A DNA stretch of 64,000 nucleotides. Source: Octopus sinensis. Its lineage: Eukaryota. This document shows, piece by piece, positions 54,579 to 64,000 of this stretch; within the stretch, counting starts at the first letter, position 1; every line of letters begins with the position of its first letter. The notes below the pieces were generated by a model. The model was not told where the DNA came from and searched no databases. It saw nothing but the letters and a program-made list of their open reading frames with translations. The stretch covers positions 123,194,001 to 123,258,000 of the forward strand of contig NC_042998.1 in NCBI RefSeq assembly GCF_006345805.1, read 5' to 3'. Made by a program: the position numbers and the translations under genes.

Positions 54579-55329
54579 GTGTAGGAGAAAATAATTACAA
54601 CTTTGTGGAATTATTTACCATATAGTGGAGAAATAAGAATCACAGAAAATAACAGGCAGGCTCCAGAATACTTGCGCACGCACACCGATATACACTCAGC
54701 GCAGATAAACAAGTAATAATCAAACCCCACTCGAACCAATTAAAAACAATGAAGCTGTAATGTATCCGTTCTTGCAAACATACCGACTCACATATATCTC
54801 AGAATAAATGTTAGTAGATCTAACCTAGATAAAGTACAATAAGAATGGAAGGTAAATCACGCGTAATTAATGTTGGTATTCAGTGGCGACCAATGGATTG
54901 GCTAATTGATCAAACAGTTGGTTAATATATCGATCAGTCAATTTGTTCATTGTTTAACGACAAAAACAAAAACAACGACGACGACGCCGATGATCATGAT
55001 GGTGATGATAATGATAATACTTTCTACTGTAGGCACAAAGTAGGTTGATTACATGGCCTGTCTCCTTAGTCTGATATGATGCATGTGTTGTTCGATGAAA
55101 AAGGATGAACTTCAGGAAATAGATAGAAAAACTAGGCAAGTGATTATAATGAACAAAGACCAGCACACAAAAAGCGATGTCGATACACCGTATCTACCTA
55201 GAAACTAGGGAGGAAGAGATAGCATAGTCTGCGAGATCTGTGTTGCTAATGAGAAAAACAGTCTGGATGGTAAGTGAAACAGTAGATTGAACCTTTCGTT
55301 GATGCTTTTAGAAATAGCAACAAGATAAC

Positions 55330-55800
55330 TAGTAAAAATATGACACACCGAAAAAATTTATCAAATAAGAACGCGAACAAAGATTAAACAGCTGGAAAAA
55401 GAAAGCGATGCATGGGCAATACCTCAGCGAAATGGAAGGAAAAAGCAAGACTAGCACCTGGAGGTGGCTAAAAAAATTATTTGAAAGGATACACTGAGGC
55501 ATTGATATGCAGTGTCCGGGAACAATCTCTGAGAAAAAATTACACCAAGTTCGAAATAGGTAAAAATAGTGAAATGCCCCTTTGTTGAATGTGTGACAGC
55601 AAATACGAAACAATTTCACACAATGTGAGTGATTCATCAAATTGAGGCTAAAATCATACAAAAGGATGTATGATAACTTGGCTAAGAGTGTCCATTGGAG
55701 ATTGAGTGAGAAGAACATTCTTGAAATGACATTGAATTGGTATAAGCATAAATGAGAAGGCGTCAACAAGAATAATGAATATAAGATTTTGTAATCCAAT
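55330..55800 (+). pseudogene. R4/Dong-like non-LTR retrotransposon remnant (post-RT and zinc-knuckle region)
   Basis: WKKKAMHGQYL, TWRWLKK, TEALICSVREQSL, ETISH, DNLAKSVHWRL, WYKH across frameshifts. Confidence 0.75.
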
Positions 55801-56732
55801 GTGATTCATTGATTGATGCTCGGAGACCATATAGGTATGGTCGTGGGTGGATGTACGGATGCATGTTTTTATTACACATATGAGCACGCAGGTGAGTACT
55901 TGGATATGTATACATGTATATGCGAATATTTATACATGGGTGGATATAAATATAGGTTTTATTTGTACGTATGAGTGCGCAGATATATATTTAAATATAT
56001 ATATATATATATATGTGTGTGCGAAAGTTCCCTGACACAGTATAGGAAGGTGTATTAATATTTATGCGTATATGCGGATGTGCGTGTGAGTGTGTGTACT
56101 CACCTGTACTGATTTGTCTATAAGCCATGCGATGACAGACATGCACTCTACAATTTTGTGAATGTGTAGAGATGTGTCGGGGTGTATTCATGTGTGTGTG
56201 CATGTATGTGTGAGTTTCTGTGTGGATGTGTGGGTTTAGGGTTAGATGTGGATGTGTATGTTTTGCTTGTGCGGTGTGGTGGAGGTCGGGCGGCTCTCAA
56301 TTGACCAACCGTGAGGAAGATAATGATAATTTTAAATTCAAATCCAATAGTGTATTTATGTCATAAGGAAAATTACTAACTGGAACCCGGACATACATAT
56401 ATACCGCTCTGGATCCTAATGTAATGATGCTAACTTTAATGACACTTTAGAAATTAGTATGAAGTAATATAATGTATTATTGAATATGTATATTTTCATC
56501 TAGGTACTAATTTGTGTATGTTTATTATCACAATATTAAGTCGAAAAACTAAGACATTGGATGTGGAACACATATATATGTTTACTAATTTATATTATTT
56601 ATTAATATCATTATGTATATGTATATTTTTATATGTATAAGAGTGTGAGTATATGCACTCATATGTATATGTATATGTTGTATTATGGGTATGCACCCAC
56701 ACCTATGTGGGTATATATGTAGACTGATTTAT

Positions 56733-56872
56733 ATTACATATTCTCCGAAGAGGCCTTATGATATTTTTGTAAATGTCTCATTTATATCTATATATTGACC
56801 TACCATATAAGGCTAATATTGGTAAAATGAGACATACCTATCTACATGGCCGAAACAGCTGTAAGATGTAAT
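56733..56872 (+). ncRNA. Variant hammerhead (CCGAAGA core, long stem II) in pseudo-LTR-like sequence ~56290-57112
   Basis: ATTACA..TCT-CCGAAGA-GGCC..(ATGTCTCATTT/AAATGAGACAT)..GGCC-GAAAC-AGCT-GTA-AGATGTAAT. Confidence 0.7.
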
Positions 56873-57112
56873 CTATACTTATATTTATATTTACTTATAT
56901 TTATATTCTCTTTTATATATATTCTACTTATTATACAACATAACTCTTTTATGTACACTTTTTTATGTACATTCCTTTATGTACACTGATATGTTCTGCT
57001 TTTTATATTTAACCCTACAGTCTCTTATGTGGTGGTTTAATAAAGTATGTGATTGAGTATTATCTGGTAATTGATATTTGATTTAGATGTATTTCTCCAT
57101 TTTCTTATCTTG

Positions 57113-57146
<34 letters not shown>

Positions 57147-57181
57147 ATATATGTATATACATGCATACATACACACATGTA

Positions 57182-57267
<86 letters not shown>

Positions 57268-58397
57268 TTTACCAAGCGATACCATCAACTGTGACATCAC
57301 GTGACCTTCCTTCACTAATTGCAGCCCTCTCCGATAGTCATCTTAGACTTCCGGTTCCTGTCCGTTCATTCAGCTATTCCACAAACCTGAGGAAATAGGC
57401 TCCGTTAGGGGGCTTACCCAATTTGAAGTAGCGCGGAATCCGAATCAAACGTTTTGAATAATGATAATAATAATATTTTGAATAATAATAACGACCTTTG
57501 CATGCGTAGGGTTTCTATTTAGTTGGTATTGCTTTTAAGCGGACAACATAAATATATCTTTTTACCAAACAAATTAATGCTTAAAAGTGTCTATGTGCAC
57601 GTGATTGAGATGAAGAAATACATTATTGGTATCAAATTAAATTTCTCAGCTCTCTTCTATTTATAAAGAAAAAAAAAACGTGTTTTTGGCAAAATGGAAC
57701 CATACCTTCCATGCAAGTATGTCCATTGCTGCCAACCCGTTAAACATATAAATAGAATTACAAGAGCATAATGATAAAATATGTTTTATTATGTTTGATA
57801 TAACCTTTTCATCACATAACTCTATGCATTACAATTTAACAGCTTAGAGATTTGTTCAATGTTCTAAGTAGAGACACAAGTAGTTAATAAAAGCAGTCAT
57901 TACGAAATGTTTATGTGAGTTATGCCAGTTAATTAAATGGATCATAAAATATTAAGTTCTTTGAAATAGTTCAAAGAAATTTTTAGAGTGGATAAAAATC
58001 GATTGTACACATACCAGTATATTACAGGCATACCTTTATACGGCTTAAAAGGGTGAAAGATAAAGTCAATATCTGAAAATTTTTAATCTCATCAATTATG
58101 TTATATTGTAGATATAGGAAAATCTCTAACGTATCACGACATTGCACTCACGACATTATATTGAAACACAGCATTATATTCACAATGGTTGTATTGTAAT
58201 TGTATTTGGTGTAGAATCACTTTGCCATACACCTACAACACGTTCATGGAACTATTTCCACGACCTTATAGTAAATGTGCAAGAAAATACTTTATTGAAT
58301 GTATTATATTATACCATTACAATATACAACATTTCGGTATGTGCGTGATTTAAATGGATATCATCGCTCTATCAGCATGCAATAATTTCAACTTCAA

Positions 58398-58590
58398 GGC
58401 GGAGAGCTGGCAGAATGCTTAGCGGCATTTCGCCCGCCTTTATGTCCTGAGTTCGAATTCCACTGAGGTCGATTTTTGCGTTACATCTTTTCGGGGTCGA
58501 TAAAATACGTACCAGTTGAATACTGGAGTTGATGTAACCGATGTATACGCTCCACGGAAATTGTTGTTCATGTGCGAAAATTTGAAATCA
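58398..58590 (+). mobile_element. SINE family 2
   Basis: ggcggagagctggcagaa, B-box gagttcgaattcc, core gaggtcga..ggggtcgataaaa..tacc. Confidence 0.8.
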
Positions 58591-61007
58591 GTATTTTCAG
58601 TTTCACTGTGGGATTTCAAATTAAGTAACATGCCAAACATTCATAATCTCAAATATAAATAATAACCACTGTATAGATCATTTACACTCTTATTTGTAGG
58701 TACCATAATATTGGTATCCTACCACTGTCTGTATTAGTAGAACTGCTATATCATTGAACATATATTTGTAAGTGAAGTAAAGGTTTTCTTAGACAGAGAG
58801 GCGAACACAATGCACATATTTCCAGAGATTATAACCTCGCTAAAATAATATTCAAAATAGGATAAAATCAGATATCAATTATATATGAAGATTCTAGTGA
58901 AATTCACAAGTGATTAGTTTCTTAGAAGACAACATTATGATCCATCATTTTTTTTTGTATGTGTTTTATCAGAGTCATCATGCATTTTTGTTGATGTTGA
59001 TCTTTATGGTTTATTACTGACGTGATTTAAATGAAAATCTGCTTCTCATATGATTTTAATTTATTTAAGATGAACTCTGTTTACATGCCTGCTTTCGTTG
59101 AGAACAATTTCCGAGCAATTTATAATCGCGGTGTTAATTACCAAATATGCGGAGACTATCAACTACCTTAATCAGATTAGTTTCCATGATTGATCAACGT
59201 ATCTAATCAGAAGCTAATATCTTCATTTTGACTTGGCCAATTTTTATGCATTTCGAATATTCACTTAGTGTCTAGAATGTTAACAGTATTTGCATCAATT
59301 TTTATCCTTTTAGACTGTTATTTAGTTACTGTCAATTACTACCATAATTATTCATGTTTATTTCATTGCTCTCTGGAGTTATAGCGATATGACGACACAT
59401 GTAAGATTATATTTTAACACACAAATTAGCTCGAAGTCTTAGACAGTGTAGTTTCCTTTTAAAATAACATGCATATACAGTTTAGTGTCAGCATACAGAT
59501 TCATTTATTTAATTAATAGTTATATTACTATAATCTGGATTGTGAGCTGCATTCACGACCAAGTCACTTGTCAGACGACTTAGACATCAATGCAGTACAC
59601 AATAGTAAATAAGGTACGAAATACCGGGCTATTTTACCAAGTTGTTTGTTACACAGTCACTATATCACTAATGAAATTATGATAAATTGCCTAAAGGGAA
59701 TGGAAGTATATTTATTCGGTTTTAAACTTTTGAAAATTTAGAAACAGAACTTAGAACACAGATTACTATATAGGGAATAGCCTGAAAATTTGAAGATCGA
59801 TTTAAACAACACTGTTTGTTATCACCTACCGACTCATCAATCCATTCTCATTATGTAATTGCCTCCATCTATAAAACATTGGATACACACTAATAAAATA
59901 CCCAACGGAAATGAAAGTATATTTAGTCGGTTCCAAAGTTTTGTAGGTTTAGAAAATTGCACAATGAACACAAATAAGTTGTTTCATAGGCAAGGATGGT
60001 GAATGAAAAATAATCAATTTAAGGAAGTTAGGGATGTTGATTCACTCTTCTTACAGCAAGTAAAGTAGTAACATGTTAAGATTCCTTTCGTGTACATGGA
60101 CAGCACAATCCTTGTTGATTTGTTAGTGCCTACCCCTAAGTAATTCATAATCGATCAGATGTAAGATAAAATGCATTCCAGGTATAGAGATTCCATTTTC
60201 ATTTAACGATGTTCTATTTAAAATTGTATTATCCAGTTTTCGTCTTTTCCTAGTTAGGTAGGGTGTGATTTACGACAGGTGTCAGTTGTTATTTCCAGCA
60301 GGCTAATTAACCACACAAATGATGGTATGTAAATAATTCATTGTTGGAGCAAGTATAGTTTTAACACGTAGTTATATTTCCAGGTTTTGTGAGATTATTT
60401 ATGCTGGTTGTGAAATATACAAATTTCCTGTGATTCGAAAAAGGAAACTTTTGCTTTCGTTACTATAAATTGCAGAGTAGGAGACACCCCGCCCCCAGAC
60501 ACACAGTTCCTCGTTAGTTGCAGCCAATTGTTTTTAACTCTGGTTCCATAGTTCCAGGACTTTGATGAATATAATTCCACCTCTTACCCAATATTGCATC
60601 CTGATCTACTCTGACCCTGAGTAGTAGTAGTACCTGTTATGGTCCCAGATTTGGGTGAACTCGCGTGAACCAATGGGTATGAAACATACCGACTTCTCGA
60701 TAGAATTTCCATCTAGGAAAAATGAACGCCTGTAAAAACAAAACAAAACAACAACAACAACTTGAAGTGCACTCCACTTCTGATCGCCTCCGCTTCGGTT
60801 GCACCAGTGGGTTTATAGCTGAATGCTCCGAAAAGTGGCTTCGTTGCTGAGCGACACTTTTGCACCTGAAATAAATTCACACATAGTGACTTCTTGCACT
60901 CTCGGAATATTTGCATGCACTTAGTGAGTTGAAGAAAAGATCTTGCTTGGTTAATATTTGAATCTACTTGGTCAGCATTTGAATCTTGCTTGGTCAACAT
61001 TTAAATA

Positions 61008-61238
61008 GGGCAGCGAGCTCGCAGAACCGTTAACACGCCGGGCGAAACGCTTAGTGGTATTTCGTCTGCTGTTACATTCTGAGTTCAAATTCTGCCGAGG
61101 TCGACTTTACCTTTTATCTTTTGGGGTCGATGAAATAGGTATCATTTACGTACAGGAGTCGATGTAATCGATTTAATCTCTTTGTCTGTCCTTGTTTGTC
61201 CCCTCTATGTTTATTCCCTGTGGGCAATAAAGAAATAA
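61008..61238 (+). mobile_element. SINE family 2, full length
   Basis: Collinear with the 58398 copy; A-rich tail. Confidence 0.8.
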
Positions 61239-61474
61239 AAAATTGAATTTACCATGTATTTATTAACTGTATATGTATGTATTAACTGTGTGTGTGTCTG
61301 AGTGTATTTGTGTGTGTGTATCTGTGGTTAATCCTACGCATATATCTTCAATCAAGTGAATTACCTACTCAGTATCTGCTCATTGAAGAAACGCAGTAAC
61401 AATTAGGTAGAATCACTGTGACCATGGGTGTGTGTGACAGGATTGTAACTTTTGAAGTACACGAGTAATCTATC

Positions 61475-61620
61475 CGACGGGTTTCTGTGGAGTTTCTGTC
61501 TAACCAATTACATGGAACGGACCGTTTCAGAGTAATTGAAAATAATGTTTACCGAAGATAGCACGCAGTAGGATCGAACATGGGACTCGTGGTGGCAAGG
61601 CAATATCTATATTAAGCTAC
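61475..61620 (-). mobile_element. SINE family 1 degraded fragment
   Basis: Reverse complement contains B-box-like gttcgatcctactgcgtgc and agacagaaact...aacccgtcg. Confidence 0.5.
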
Positions 61621-63340
61621 ACAATAATTATGCTTTTCTGGGAAGTTCAAAATAAAGTCTACTATTGCGCACTGAGGACATAGAAACATGTGACAATTTC
61701 TATACTACTTCTTCAGCAAAACTTCTATATCTATGACAATATCCATGCGTTGAAGCTTTTTAGATTATAGAAATATGCCGATGACCATATTTGTCGTGGC
61801 CCGCTTTAACAACTTCTCTCAGAGCTTGTAAGAGATTGAACGCAGTGCAAAGACAACTTGAATAGTTACCGCGGGTAGGTCATCCGACGCGCTAACAAAT
61901 TACGCTAATCCAATGCCCAAGAATGGTACTTTATTTATCGCTCCCATAACAATGAAGAGATGCGCCCTGAGTTCAGATTTCATGATTATTTACAACGCTA
62001 TGTTACAGAAACAATTTAGCTGTTTTGTGAGAAAATGTATTTGATTAGAATTCGATATGTTATAATTACTATGTAAATGCATATTGTTGTTTGCGTTTGT
62101 TTGCATGGAAGAGATATCGTGACATGTTATTAGGCTTGCATTACTGTAATTACTATTGTTGTGCTAATTGCTTAACTTTTCTTTAGTCATGTCTAGTGAC
62201 AGGTATTATGTGATAAGTGATGCGGTATAACCACTACGTACTTGGATAAAATCTAGTCTCATAATATTGTGCAGTGTGAAAGAATTTTTGGTGGGTATGA
62301 TGTCACAAGATGTTAAGTATTGCAAATAATGTTATAATTTGGTGGGGTTTAGTTCTGGTGTAGCATCGCACGCACTATGTGACGTAGTATTGCAAGGAGT
62401 AAATGGTGTGTTAACATGTAGCAGAGATTGAAGCAAAGCAATAAAGATTTAATGTAAAAAAATAGAATACAGACCTTTATGATACATCAATGTCTTTTGT
62501 GATCGAATTCTGCATATTATGCACACTTACGGTTGCATAACAATATGGGATGAGAAGATATTTTATAGAAGTGTATATAGTACTGACTGTATCACTTAAG
62601 CAACAGCATCTCATAACTGTAACATGCATTTTCAGAAAAGACCATCTAAAATATTCGTTTACATTCTGTGTATACAGCAGGTTGTGCGTATACAAATATT
62701 CTGAATTAAACAAAGGGATAAATGAACCGTTAGTCACATTTTATTAGATCTTTTCAAGGATTATAACACTTCTTTTAAATTACGTTCTTTATGAATCTGT
62801 ATATATTTCTCGGGTTTTCTGGAAATGTATTCTGCACACCGATAGCATCTGACAGTAGCTTTGTTAAACATGTTTTCAGAACTACATCATATAGTAAGAG
62901 GCTCCCATTAAGTTAGTTTTACATGGGATTCACATTATGTAATTGTTGCATCCATTAATCGATTTTATTTCGATTCAAAATGTTATGTGCTCTGGTGTAT
63001 ATGCCTCACACTCCCACCACTCGCATAAAATCTTCCCAATACACACTCACTTGCGCACATACAAACAGACAGACAAATAGACAGATAGACACTCACACAC
63101 TCACAAACACACAGAGACAAACATAGGCATTCCTGTAGGGAGTTCTTCGAAACATTCGAAGTGTTCAATACAAGAAGATAACTTGAAATTTCTTTCATTT
63201 ATATCAATATTTTAACGCAGCTATCCGTCATTTGACTATTTTAGGATTCGACAATCGATTGTTTATTTAGTTCCAAGGACTTCTATTATACATGTATACA
63301 CATGCATCAATCCGTCTGTCTATCTGTCTGTCTGCCTGTC

Positions 63341-63433
<93 letters not shown>

Positions 63434-63481
63434 CCTATCTGTCTGTCTGTCTATCTGTCTGTCTGTCTATCTATTTGTCTA

Positions 63482-63529
<48 letters not shown>

Positions 63530-63694
63530 TCTATCTATGCATGTAGATCTATATGCATGCCTGCATACATAGCTATGTACATAGATACATATACACATAC
63601 ATACACACCCACACATACATACACACGCACACATACACACAAACACACACACATATGTAGTTCGAGTCAATCTCTGGCTACACTTACTTAAGTT

Positions 63695-63935
63695 GTGGAT
63701 GCACAGGTCCCTATGAAGGTATTGGCTGAGCACTGTACCCACTCTGACCCTCCCAGGAATAGTGGAGGAAGGAGGATAGATTTTATATATAATCTCCAAT
63801 TGTTACCTTTGAGTAGTGAGGCATTTCCCCCTCCATATTTTGAAGAGGTTTTGGGATTTGATCATAAAGCTAAACTCTTTATGGACGGGAAACATAAGGT
63901 AATCCCATAACCCGGCCTTCACCATTTTTAATATT
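63695..63935 (+). pseudogene. Possible APE endonuclease remnant of an L1/Tx1-like LINE
   Basis: RRIDFIY ... GFDHKA resembles SRIDY ... SDH. Confidence 0.4.
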
Positions 63936-64000
63936 TACTGCTCTACACCTTGGAGTATGTTCTTTTTTAGGATGTATGTTTTCTACAAACGATGTATATG

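Noticed and set aside
57383-57460. ctgagga plus hairpin plus aaacgttt
   Set aside because: No GAAA adjacent to stem II; at best degenerate
59695-59972. Diverged ~65-bp direct repeat about 210 bp apart
   Set aside because: Short, old local duplication with no further structure
61665-61697. ctgagga-cata-gaaac-atgtg
   Set aside because: No stem II and G at the cleavage position

Overview
AT-rich eukaryotic, almost certainly non-coding (intronic/intergenic) DNA. Dense (TA)n, (TATC)n, (TATG)n and (CA)n microsatellites plus the SINE/LINE repertoire look like an octopus/cephalopod genome (inference from composition and repeat style, not a database match). Most entries in the ORF track are microsatellite read-through artefacts (YIYI, LSIY, CVCV). 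The window is a transposon graveyard: CR1-like, RTE, R4/Dong-like, CRE-like and Penelope-like (PLE) retroelement remnants, tRNA-derived SINEs, three Helitron-type elements, mariner, Chapaev3-like and hAT-like DNA elements, and a foldback MITE. The main signal is RNA-level. About 12 minimal type I hammerhead ribozyme (HHR) motifs lie between 26.5 and 56.9 kb, nearly all with palindromic stem III caps of the kind that cleave as dimers. Five sit in two homologous non-coding tandem elements: a 506-bp partial dimer at 26.6-27.5 kb and a ~535-bp x3.35 array at 52.5-54.3 kb. These look like an unusually long retrozyme family ending in (TA)n tracts, with a decayed PLE GIY-YIG ORF nearby as a candidate type of mobiliser. 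A few possible host micro-exons are flagged at low confidence. All calls are by eye; nothing was searched or folded computationally.
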